Part shown: positions 1-11,355 of the stretch, one piece after another | How the letters are laid out: every line of letters starts with the position of its first letter | Numbering within the stretch: the stretch's first letter is position 1 | NCBI GenBank assembly: GCA_964016885.1 | Contig: OZ024740.1 | Span: forward strand, 298,096,001-298,160,000 | Length of the DNA stretch: 64,000 bases | Direction of reading: 5' to 3' | From: Eledone cirrhosa | Taxonomy: Eukaryota | Translations under genes and position numbers: made by a program | Notes under the pieces: model-generated | Told to the model about the DNA's origin: nothing | Seen by the model: only the letters and a program-made list of their open reading frames with translations | Databases searched by the model: none

Positions 1-151
1 GTCGAATCTTCTATATCTCTTTCTCACTTCTATTCTCTCAATTTCTATCTTTCTCTGGAAGAAATCTGCTGTATTCAGACGTGGAGAGAGATGAGCGCCG
101 CCAGGTTTAAAAATGCGGTGCCACTACGACTCTCCCAGGAGTTACGGAACC
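1..151 (+). repeat. Unclassified dispersed repeat (related copies at ~24972-25135 minus, ~46220-46378 plus, short piece at ~27298-27330)
   Basis: Shared sequence TCTGGAAGAAATC..TGTATTCAGAC..GAGAGATGAGC..CC..CAGGTTT..AAAT...GGAGTTAC across the copies. Confidence 0.65.
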
Positions 152-189
152 ACACACACGCATGCACGCACGCACACACACACACACAC

Positions 190-591
190 GGTGGCTGCCA
201 ACTCGTTTTCGAGTACGGCCACTACTTTATATCCATGTAGGAGAACTCCTACCGATGCGCTGAACGAGTGTGACTTTTTAGTCCAGCCAGCGACTTGAAA
301 ACTCTGGTACAAGTCAACATCATTGGATACCATCAGGGTTGCAGGTGTTATATCAGAGTTTTCCTTCTCCTAGAATTCTGCCTTGACAAAGGCTAAGGGG
401 TCATCTCTCCCGGTGATTTCGGGTGGCCATTGACTCTTAAGAGCTCCTTTGCCATTTGACAGGTTTTATTTTTAGTCCTGCAGGATGTCCAAAGTCACCC
501 TCCTCACCAAGAAACCTTGGTGGGGTTGCCAGTTTAGTCGCCAACGATCCGACCATGAGACAGGTTGTACTGGGATACATGTTACCAGTAG
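190..591 (-). mobile_element. Non-autonomous RTE-related (SINE-like) element, copy 1
   Basis: Minus strand carries CTAGGAGAAGGAAAACTCTGA, a motif typical of RTE 5' regions. It ends in a stem-loop (GTGGC..CTCGAAAACGAG..GCCAC) next to a microsatellite. A near-identical copy follows immediately. Confidence 0.5.
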
Positions 592-614
592 CATACATAC
601 ATACATACATACAT

Positions 615-1042
615 GGTGGCTGCCAACTCGTTTTCGAGTATGGCCACTACTTTATATCCATGTAGGAGAACCCCTACCGATGTGCTGAACGAGTATGACT
701 TTTTAGTCCAGCCAGCGACTTGAAAACTCTGGTACAAACACTACACTTGTGACAATTATTGACACATTGTGCTGGGCCCATGGTACCATGTGATGACAAG
801 TGCAGAGAGATCTCCAGATATAAAGCAATGCCTGTGCCGTGAAGCTTTTATAGTGAGCAAAGGCACTGCACAAAGCCAGTCCCACTCTCTTAACCAAGAT
901 GATATTTACCAAAAAGAAAAACAAGTCAACATCATTGGACACCATCAGAGTTGCAGGTGTTATATCAGAGTTTTCCTTCTCCTAGAATTCTGCCTTGACA
1001 AAGGCTAAGGGGTCATCTCTCCCTGTGATTTTGGATGGCCAT
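615..1042 (-). mobile_element. Non-autonomous RTE-related element, copy 2 (has ~187 bp absent from copy 1)
   Basis: High identity to 190-430. The extra segment 738-924 is bounded by ACAA microhomology. Flanked by (CATA)n. Confidence 0.5.
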
Positions 1043-1054
1043 ACATACATACAT

Positions 1055-1253
1055 ACATGTACAGATATAAAGCATGTAATAACTGCAGGTACAGATACGA
1101 AGCATATACACATGCACACATAACTCAAAACATCAACATCCACACATACAATAACATCCATACCTGCACACATATGCATGCAGACATGCATGCATATGTA
1201 CTTAGTTGATGTTGTCTAAATTCCAATGAGAGAGTTGTGTGTCTATGTTAGAA

Positions 1254-1302
<49 letters not shown>

Positions 1303-1347
1303 TGGTAAAAATTTATAAAATTATAAAATCATAAGAACATACATACA
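1055..1347 (+). mobile_element. 3' UTR fragment of the R4/Dong-like non-LTR element
   Basis: Homologous to 62335-62600, which lies downstream of an R4-type RLE coding fragment. (CATA)n on both sides. Confidence 0.7.
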
Positions 1348-1374
1348 TTATATCGCATCTCTTAGAGCGATAGA

Positions 1375-1725
1375 TTTTCAAGATCGTTAGTGAGTCGGAC
1401 AAAATGCATTGTGTCATTTAATTACGGCCCTTTACATTTTGGGTTCAAATTCCGTCTAGGTCAACTTTATCTTTCATCCTTCCGAAGTCGATAAAATAAA
1501 ATAACTGTCAAGTACTGAATCGATATCGTCATTCTCTTCTCCAAAGTCAGACAATGTTTAACAGTGTTCGTTTTGGCTGTCAGCGTCCTGAGTTCAAATC
1601 CCGCCAAGATCAACTTTGCATTTCATCCATTTGGAGTCGATAAAATAAAGTACCTGTTAAATATTTGGGTCAATGTAATCGGCTTTCTCTTTCCCAGAAA
1701 TTAGCTTTGTGCCTAATTAGAAATA
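1375..1725 (+). mobile_element. Two degenerate tRNA-derived SINE copies (octopod family A)
   Basis: B-box GTTCAAATCC followed by the core CAACTTT.C.TTTCATCC....G..GTCGATAAAATAAA, present twice. Confidence 0.75.
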
Positions 1726-1740
1726 CAGCTCAATAAATTA

Positions 1741-1910
1741 CCGTATTTTACGGCGTTGAAGACGCTACTTTTCCCTTAAAATAAGTCTAAAAAATCTACC
1801 ATGCGTCCTGGAGACCGAAGGTCGTTTATTATTTTTTTTTTCAAATTTTTGGTTGTCAAAATTAGGGTGCGTCCTTAAGGACGAAACGTCTTCGGCGCCG
1901 AGAAATACGG
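1741..1910. mobile_element. Tc1/mariner-type MITE
   Basis: ~24-bp TIRs CCGTATTTTACGGCGTTGAAGACG / CGTCTTCGGCGCCGAGAAATACGG, flanked by TA on both sides. Confidence 0.85.
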
Positions 1911-2016
1911 TATGTAACTGTCTACTTGAGCGTTATTACCTTGATTGACACAACCACTTTAAATTCGACCGCATAGTTTGATAAGAGGCCGCAGAACGTA
2001 TATTATATATACGTAA

Positions 2017-2201
2017 GGGCGGTGAATTGGCAGTATCGGTAGAGGGTTGGACGCCATGCTTTCTAGCGTAGTTACGTCCCTTTACAGTCTGAGTTCAAAT
2101 CCAGCCGAGGTTAACTTTGCCTTTCATCCTTACGGGGTCGATAAAATAAAGTACCAGTAATGTAGTGGTTAATTGCTGGCCTTGTGCCTAAAGTAGAAAC
2201 A
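2017..2201 (+). mobile_element. tRNA-derived SINE family A, full length
   Basis: A-box-like TGGCAGTATCGG, B-box GAGTTCAAATCC, conserved core, TSD ATTATATATA(C/T)GTA. Confidence 0.9.
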
Positions 2202-2771
2202 ATTATATATATGTAGTGCGTTCAATAAGCAGTAAGAAAATATATGAAAAAAATTGCAAAATCTTAAGAGCCTTTTTCAAACACCCTTAAGGTTATATAA
2301 GTGACGAATTAAAATAAAAAATTTTATTTTAATTCGTCACTTTTGTTTACAATGTTTTTATGCGTGGTTTAAAAAATAGCACAGGACCTGGAATATCGTA
2401 GCGGGGTTAGAATTCTCCTGTTGAGTCAGAAATCGTCAAAAGAAGTGATCATTAAGAAGCCATTTTTCAGGCACTCTACAATTACACTCGAAATTACCAA
2501 CTTTGGTATTAGTGTATATTGTAAAATCTTTATCTCGGTGGATAGAACTGTCTAGAATAGAATTGAAATCCATATCTTCATTAGAATCAATATTTGCAAT
2601 TTTAGTTTCTTTATCATTTTTTTTTCGCATACAGAATCAATTCATTAATAATTATAATAAAAAAATTTTAAACAAATCTATTTCATATTACAACACTACA
2701 AATATTTAAAAACGGAAAACGAAGGGAAGGGCAAGGACTATGGGGTCACAGAAGAATGGGAGGGGGGTTCT

Positions 2772-4512
2772 AGGCCTAGCTACAGGTTCCCACAGATAAC
2801 TGGTCTTAAACTCTTCAGTTACGGTCTGGAGAACTATAATAAACAGAAGTGGGCAAAGGAACACTACACCTACTTATACATTGAATTTCCCGTTAAACCC
2901 ATTACTTATTCTCAATTTGTTGACAACGTCCTTCTTTATCGCTTGCACTACCCTCACAAGCCACTCACGTACACCCAGTTTATCAAAGCCCACCAGATAA
3001 CGGATCGTGGATCTTTGGCAAAGAACGTTTCCAGATCAACGAAAGTTTGATACAGCAACGTACCCTTGGCTAGAGACTTTTCTTGCAATTGTCTCACTAT
3101 GAAGAGGGCATTTATGACACTCTTTCCTGGCTCAAAACCAAACTGCATCTCATCTAATTTGACTCTTCCCCTAATTAGTTATGCTAAAAATCTGTTTATC
3201 ACTAGGATTGTCATTAGGTATACCACTATGTATTACCTGACTGATTATGTGGGTGAATAGCTCGACTCCTGTCACTAGATGATATCAGAATCTCAGCGAC
3301 TATATCTGCCGGTTCAACTGCTTTTCCATTTCTCATCTCCCTGATTGCTTCTTTGACTCTGTAACTGACAATTTCAATAGTCGATCCCTTTGTAAAGTCA
3401 TCTGGGGGTAGCCACTCTTCCTTGCACTCATTTCCAAGCCACTTTCTTCTGGACATCAGTGAGGTTAAGTACGCCGGTGTCATTCCGAACAAATTTTTCC
3501 CCTACACTGATTCATTGCTTTGCAATACAGAACACCTCACTCCTCTTACCATCACTTCGCAGAACGTTGGCAAACCTCTTGCTTTCAGCTTCTTTACGTG
3601 CTATGTAAATCTGTCGTCTAGATTCTCTTTTAGCTACTTGATATTATTTTTTGATGCCTCCATTTTCCAGTCTTTCCAAGCTTGTTTCTTAGCTTTAGAG
3701 GTGTGTTGTTCCACCACCAGGTCACTCTTCATCTGGTTGGCACATTGCTCCAGCCACAGGTTTCATCAGTAGCCTGCAGTAGGTTGCCTGTTAGAAATTT
3801 TCAATTGGCTTCTATGTCTTATGTGTCTATCTCCTCCTGCTTCTCGTTGAACACATCACGTAGATCTTTTCTGAACCTATATTCATTTAACAGAGAAGTC
3901 TTTTAGCTTCCATACCTTCATTCTCAAGATTTTCCTGTGTTTCTGATGTCAGCTGGTTCTTACTTATGTTTTAAAATTCATAACTATCTCTCAATTCCGT
4001 TTTCTAATGAGCAAGAAGTTTATTTATCTTGGCTTGCATGTTTGCCTGATTGATAGGTATTGAGTGCATGGCTGGTTTCCTGAAGTTAGCATTGCAAATA
4101 GTTAGGTCATTTGCAACGCAGAATTCTAGGAGTTTTGATTCGTTTTCATTTCTCGAGCCATTATACATAGACACTGTGCTCTTCAATAAGCCATCCTGGT
4201 ATTGACCAATATGTTCATTGACGTCACCAGCCTAGCTGAAGTCGCTGATTGCGACGAATAAGTTGAGATAACCGTCGTCAATCTACTGCCTATGACTATT
4301 CTGAACTTGATAATTCTGTCATTTACTCTAACTACCCCAAATACCCTGTCTACTCACATCTTACCTGTTCTACCTATTCTATAATCATTTCCTATCCAGA
4401 AGAGTTTATATCTATGAGAGGTTTCACCTTTGGAACATAGCACACTTCTACTCGCCTTTACTCAAGTATTTCCACAATGTCCCTGCATATACCTTTTAGT
4501 ATATTAACTTTT
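2772..4512 (-). pseudogene. Degenerate RTE LINE, inverted 5' part (APE start to RT YADD region)
   Basis: Minus-strand fragments LEFCVANDLTICNANFRKP, MQFGFEPGKS..ALFIVRQLQEK, VDLE..PRSVIWWAL and LFIIVLQ..EEFKT align to the intact ORF at 50171-53290. Many stops and frameshifts. Confidence 0.85.
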
Positions 4513-4513
4513 A

Positions 4514-4905
4514 AGCTATTACTTCTGCAGACAATAAAAAGGTTTCTCTCTAGTAACGAAAGGTCGGCTGGATGATGTCTGCAAGCGAAGTGCGATGATG
4601 CATGGAAATGAAGCATAAGTAATAGTAAATGCAGAGAATATGCGAAAACTGGAGAGAAATGAAGCGATAATGCTTGGAAGTATATGTGATGTCAATGTAC
4701 ATGAACAACAAAGCCTGACTGAGCTGAAAGAGAAACTGAATATAAGAGGAATAAAATACAATATACAAGACAGCAGCCTGTGTTAATATGGTCACGTGAT
4801 GCGTATGGTTGGTGATCGTTTAGTAAATAAGTGCTAGGAGTTCCAAGTAGAGGGGAGCTGCAATGGTGCAATACTAACGAAAACCGGGGCAAGGCTAACG
4901 AAAGT
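4514..4905 (+). pseudogene. Degenerate RTE LINE, 3' part (C-terminal region)
   Basis: Plus-strand AMMHGNE..RKLERNEAIML..ELKEKLNIRGIK..YGHVMRM matches AMLHGSE..RRLERNEACML..ELRERLSIRGIK..YGHVMRM of the intact ORF. Confidence 0.8.
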
Positions 4906-5166
4906 ACCAAATTGTTACAAAGCTATGTTTAACACACACACACACAATTATATGTATATATATATAGTGGTAGAACACTGGTGGGTTATATCCGCAGTAG
5001 TAGAGCACTCAGTCCATGGAACGAGTTTGGTAGAAGTAGTTCCTCAACAATTAGTAAACCATTTTTGGATGTAAACCATTTCAATCCGTTAAGGTGAAAC
5101 AATTGTCCTCGAAAATGGTTAATTAACTGTTGTGGAACTACTTATCTACTTATATATATATATATA

Positions 5167-7474
5167 TATAACGAAGGGTATAATAAGAAATTGTTTAGAA
5201 GGATTTAACATAATTGTTAGGTGTGGTGACATGAATAATAGTTGAAATAACCATAATAAGAATAGGTGTAAATGTAATAACGAGAATATAAAGAATAAAT
5301 GATTTGGTTATATATAGTTTACTTCACGTGAATCAATTAAAAAGGTACAATAAACAAGTTACCATAAGTTGCAAGGATTGACAATATTATTTTGTTGTTG
5401 ATGTGAGGCTGTTGTAGTCTGTTGTTGGTGGTGTGAAAACAGCGAGCGACAGATAATTGTTGTTGTTGGAATTTGGAGGCCGTGGTAGTAGTTGTGAGAC
5501 CGTAGTTAGTAAGAGAGAGAGAGATATGGTTTGTATACCTCTGTTATGGTCTGTCGTAACTGTGAACTACCGTGGCCTGCAGACAGCGATGAATCTTCCA
5601 CATTTGTGTTCTGTAGTAGTAGGTTTCCAATCGCTCTGGGTGTATCTGTAGACTTCATGGGGTCTGTTGATAGTGGTGAATCTTTACATAGTTTGTTATA
5701 GGTGTAATGCTCCGATGTATCTGGTTAAAATAGCTTGCTACAGGCTCTATATATAGCTGTCACTTCCTGTCCCCCAACCTGAGGGGACAGCCCACGCATG
5801 AACTTGATCAGACCAAAAGGGTGTTGACCTAGAATTTTATCTTTAGGTGTCACTCAAGGTTCAAGGCGCGGATAGATTTCGCTACTTTAGCTCCCTACCC
5901 AGATCGATGCTGGAGCAGCGATCGATTATAAAAGGGGTAGTGAAATCTGATTCCTAGAAGCATGTCCCAAAACACACAAAATGTGGGTACTGCGCCCGCA
6001 TTTCGTGTGTAGAGAAATTTGGAGAGAGAAAAAAAAATATAGTATAACTGAGTATGCATGTGTATGTGTAACATTTAGAAGGAACTGTAAAAAGACAAAG
6101 TTGTGATCATGTATTTCGAACTGTTGGGATGGGTTACGGTATCGGATTACGATATGACAACACAGAGGACTATTTCTCTCGATGTATCATCATACGTAAG
6201 ATTCTCTTCAGTGAGTCGAGGTTTACGCTATGACATGAGTGTGTGCAATTTTGAGTTGCGTGCTCAGTGAGTCGAGCGATTAAGTAACCGTGGGTTGATT
6301 ATCATGTTTTTCATAGCTTTCGCCGTACTTTGACCAGTCGAAAAGTGATCCCGCAAAGACCCAACCGAATCCAGAATATACCACAGACAAAAACGTGTTG
6401 GTGTGTGACAAGGAAAATGATGTGCGTTTGATGCAAAACGTGTTATTCATACAGGCATATAATACAGTAAAACAAAATAAAATTTTTAAAAAAAATGACA
6501 TTCATATACAACCTGTAAACAAAATAATAAAAAAATATTTATATAATTGTTCTTTAAAAAAAATTGTTTTCTCTTCCCGATGTGATGGTTTTCTTGCTAG
6601 GAAGCTAGTAGTATTGTTTATTGTTGTTATTGGAGGTTACGAAGCAAGTGAAGTATTTGGTAACTGTATATTGCTGAGGTTGGCAAATAAAGCCATGATC
6701 AGATCAAATAGGCTGCGTGTTATTTTAATTTTTTTTAAAATACCACTTCGTTTTTTTTTTGTTTTTTTTTTAAATCACGTCGAGGTTTACCAATTTAACA
6801 AAGGGTTAAACATGAATAATTAGTTAGAATAACAATAATAAGAATAGGTGTAAATGTAATAACGAGAATATAAAGAATAAATGATTTGGTTATATATAGT
6901 TTACTTCATGTGAATCAATTAAAAGGTACAATAAACAAGTTACCATAAGTTGCAAAGATTGACAATATTATTTTGTTGTTGATGGGTGGCTGTTGGAGTC
7001 TGTTGTTGTTGTTGGTGTGAAAACAGCGAGCGACAAATAATTATTGTTGTTGTTGGAATGTGGAGTCCGTGGTAGTAGTTGTGAGACCGTAGTTAATAAG
7101 AGAGAGAGAGAGATATGGTTTGTATACCTCTGTTATGGTCTGTCATAACTGTGAACTGCCGTGGCCTGCAGACAGCGGTGAATCTTCCACATTTGTGTTC
7201 TATAGTAGTAGGGTTCCAATCGCTCTGAGTGTATCTGTAGACCTCATGGGGTCTGTTGATAGTGGTGAATCTTTACATAGTTTGTTATAGGTGTAATGCT
7301 CCGATATATCTGGTTAAAATAGCTTGCTACAGACTCTATATATAGCTGTCACTTCCTGTCCCCCAACCTGAGGGGACAGCCCACGCATGAACTTGATCAG
7401 ACCAAAAGGGTGTTGACCTAGAATGTTATCTTTAGGTGTCACTCAAGGTTCAAGGCGCGGATAGATTTCGCTAC

Positions 7475-7475
<1 letters not shown>
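5167..7475 (-). mobile_element. Non-autonomous LTR retrotransposon: LTRs ~5167-5886 and ~6794-7475, ~0.9-kb non-coding interior
   Basis: Two ~690-bp direct repeats. The 5' LTR starts TGTAGCG on the minus strand. A PBS follows the 5' LTR and a purine-rich GGGTAGGGAG precedes the 3' LTR. (TA)n on both flanks. Confidence 0.85.
6773..6792 (-). promoter_or_regulatory. Primer-binding site complementary to the tRNA-Trp 3' end
   Basis: TGGTAAACCTCGACGTGATT versus canonical TGGTGACCCCGACGTGATT, directly after the 5' LTR. Confidence 0.7.
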
Positions 7476-7524
<49 letters not shown>

Positions 7525-7634
7525 GTTTATGTTCATACATGAAACAAAAGTACTACCAAGGTACATTTGTCATCAATATAAATAACATCTCAACGAAAAA
7601 GGATCGCTAAAATAAATATAATTCAAAGAAGCAA

Positions 7635-7864
7635 ATATATATAGAATATCTTATACAGAATCACTGAAGGAAAGATCCTTGTAAAATAATCGAAAATAAG
7701 AACTCTTTACAAGCATCTTTCCCAAGAGATGGAGCTAGAAGGCTTCAAGTTTTAGGTTACTTAACTAAGGTTACTTAACTTTCCCTAGGGAAAGATGCTT
7801 GTGAAATGTTCTTATTTTAGATTACTTTACTAGGATCTACCCCTCAGTGATTTTGTATAAGATG

Positions 7865-7875
<11 letters not shown>
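7635..7875. repeat. Foldback (inverted repeat, ~90-bp arms) next to (TA)n
   Basis: ATAGAATATCTTATACAGAATCACTGA..ACAAGCATCTTTCCC is mirrored by GGGAAAGATGCTTGT..TCAGTGATTTTGTATAAGATGTTCTAT. Confidence 0.8.
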
Positions 7876-7902
<27 letters not shown>

Positions 7903-7906
7903 TAAT

Positions 7907-8097
7907 AATTGTTTCCATTTTTAGCACAAGGCCAGCAATTATCTCAGTGCATTACTGGTACTTTATTTTATCGACCCCGTAAGGATGAAAGACAAAGTTA
8001 ACCTCGGCGGGATTTGAACTCAGACCGTAAAGGGGCGTAACTCTATGCTGCAAAGCATGGCATCCGACCCTCTACTGATACTGCCAATCCACTACCC
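7907..8097 (-). mobile_element. tRNA-derived SINE family A
   Basis: Reverse complement of the family A consensus. Confidence 0.9.
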
Positions 8098-8117
8098 AAT
8101 AATAAAAAAAGGACGAG

Positions 8118-8467
8118 GTATTCGTGGGGGTTACGTTCCTAGAGAACCCGCGAAGAACGGGAAACCGCGAATATTGGACGTGGTCCATAAAAATGTCTAT
8201 AAACGTCAAAGTATAACGTAAAATATAATAAAAAGAGAGGGAGCCTTTTGTGCGAAGGGGCATCCAATAGGCCGGGAAATACGGTATATTGTTATTAATA
8301 TTTTAGCGTTAAAAAATATATATATTGCCATGAAAAAAGCAATAAAAAAATTGTGGAAGATATTTACGATTCCGCGAATATGTGGTGGTTTTTACTAACA
8401 ATTATTAGTTAGGTGTCTAAGGAAAATCCCGCAAATAACCGGGACCGTGGATGCCAGAGTTACACTG
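8118..8467. mobile_element. pogo/Tigger-like MITE (left end lost); same family as 16197-16543
   Basis: Colinear with 16197-16543, ends ACACTG|TA. Confidence 0.7.
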
Positions 8468-8594
8468 TATTTTCATTACATTTATTGAGGTGTGACGAGC
8501 GTTTCGCGATTGATCAGCTCAAGGCTCGATCTGTATCGATCTGGCCCGACTCTGGAATCAAAAGCTTGTCGGACTTCTGTTGTGGTAATGACAA

Positions 8595-8610
<16 letters not shown>

Positions 8611-8625
<15 letters not shown>

Positions 8626-9293
8626 AAGTTGTAGTTCTTGTCTGTTTGTTTGTTTGTTCACGAACTCCTATGGTTTTGGAGATAGACCCCTCATAACCAT
8701 ATATATTCTGAAACTAATTTGCCCATGGTACTTAGATAAGTAGATTTCATTTTAATCAAAATTTTTCCCTTCGGTTTATATGAAATTTAAACCATAAGCA
8801 AATTTCAATAATATTAAGACATCCTAATTGGAAGCCCAAATAAAATAATGTTTTACACAAAAATGAAATGATCAAGTTTTGAACTGATATTTTGAAAAAG
8901 ATTATTTACAAGAAACAAAATAACATTAAGATTTAATAATGTAATTTTGATTTGATATATTACAAAAAATAATTGTTTCTACTTTAGGCACAAGGCCAGC
9001 AATTACCCAGTGCATTACTGGTACTTTATTTTATCGACCCCGTAAGGATGAAAGGCAAAGTCAACCTCGGCGGGATTTGAACTCAGATCGTAAAGGGACG
9101 TAACTATGCTGGAAAGCATGGTGTATATTACAAAAAATAATGTTTTCCAATTTTCCATGCATTACTTTTTACATTGAGTAATATTGAAATGCAGAGTTTT
9201 TCTCCATAAATTATATCACTCATTTAAAATCAATCATCATTTTCTTATAAAAAAAATGTGTGAAACGCAGGAAGGCGCGGGTAATTCGGCTAG
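8611..9293 (+). mobile_element. Non-autonomous Helitron, interrupted by a SINE at ~8969-9122 (minus)
   Basis: 5' TATATAAAG followed by (GTTT)n, GC-rich subterminal segment and 3' CTAG|T end. Second copy at 47160-47738. Confidence 0.75.
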
Positions 9294-9898
9294 TATATAT
9301 ATAAACACAGGCCAAACTATACAAACACCCACACACATGGTGCATTCTAGCCTCTAACTTTCCAATCTTCTCTTTTTCTCCTAACTTTACTCTTTCCTAA
9401 TGAAGGTCTAATGCCCGATACGTTGAGATGTTGAGATATTCTCTTTTTTTTAATACAAGCATGTAACTAATAAACATTTGTGTTTCCATTTTTACTTTGG
9501 ACTATATATATATTTGTGTGTGTATATGTATGTAAACACGGGCGGGCTCACACACAGGGTATAATATACATATTGAGTGTATATTTACAATGTTTGTACA
9601 GTATCTATATTTCGGTCTGTTCTATATGAAAACATCATCAGTTGTCTTGTTTCTGGATATGAATAAGAGCCCAGAATAGATGCTATATAGTAACCTTCAT
9701 TTCTAAGCTAAGAATAGTAATGCTTTTATCCTTGGAACAATCGATGATCATAGATCGAAGTTGTTGGAATATAAGGTATATATGATTACAAGGACGCTCA
9801 GTTGTTTAAGGCGGTGGTGGTGGGAACTGATAAAAAGAAGCGTGCGTATATACACCATATGTGTGTGGGAGAGGTCGTATTGAGGGGAGGAGCGCTTG

Positions 9899-10800
<902 letters not shown>

Positions 10801-11355
10801 TATATATTTACATGTGTTTCTCTCTCTCCCCCCTTTTTTTATCCCAATAACTTATTTTAGTATCTTGTCTCTAACGCAAAGAAATCCTATGATTCCTAGC
10901 AGACAACTGACGATGGATATCACCATCTTACGCCCGTAACTTTTATTTTCATTATACTTAAATGCAACCACACGGCTCGCCATTTTATTCATATAAGTTT
11001 CCTTCTCCGCTGTGACCCGTCTCTTTTCTCTCCTCTTGTTGCTATCCTCTCTCTCCCCTTCTCTCTTCTTCTCCCTCTTACTTTCGCTCACCTCCTCTGC
11101 TAGTCACCTTCTCTCTGCTAGCCTGCCACTTTAACTATCTCTTTCTCGCTTCCTCTTACTTTCCCTCACTGCCTCTCTGCTAGTCACCCTCTCTCCGCTA
11201 GCTCACTTCCTCCCTCGAACTCCAGAAGTTATGACGTTTTGTTGCATTGCACTGCAGTGCTTCAGTCGACTCCAAAGAAGTGGTGAAAGGGGATTATCTG
11301 CCGGGAGGACCTATAATCAATATCTGGAAAAATTAAAGTGCCCATGACCATCCGG

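Noticed and set aside
528-591. HDV-like ribozyme at the 5' end of the RTE-related element (CCAGT..ACC-loop-GGT..CTAA-ACTGG on minus)
   Set aside because: P1 and P1.1 cannot be formed convincingly and L3 lacks the UCC pattern.
2017-2105. tRNA-like A/B boxes
   Set aside because: These are SINE heads. They form no cloverleaf and are always followed by the SINE core.
2299-2342. 44-bp perfect hairpin (terminator-like)
   Set aside because: An isolated AT-rich palindrome in a probable decayed DNA transposon. No function can be supported.
6395-6823. 142-aa ORF inside the LTR element
   Set aside because: It is antisense to the element, low complexity, lacks an ATG start and has no gag motifs.
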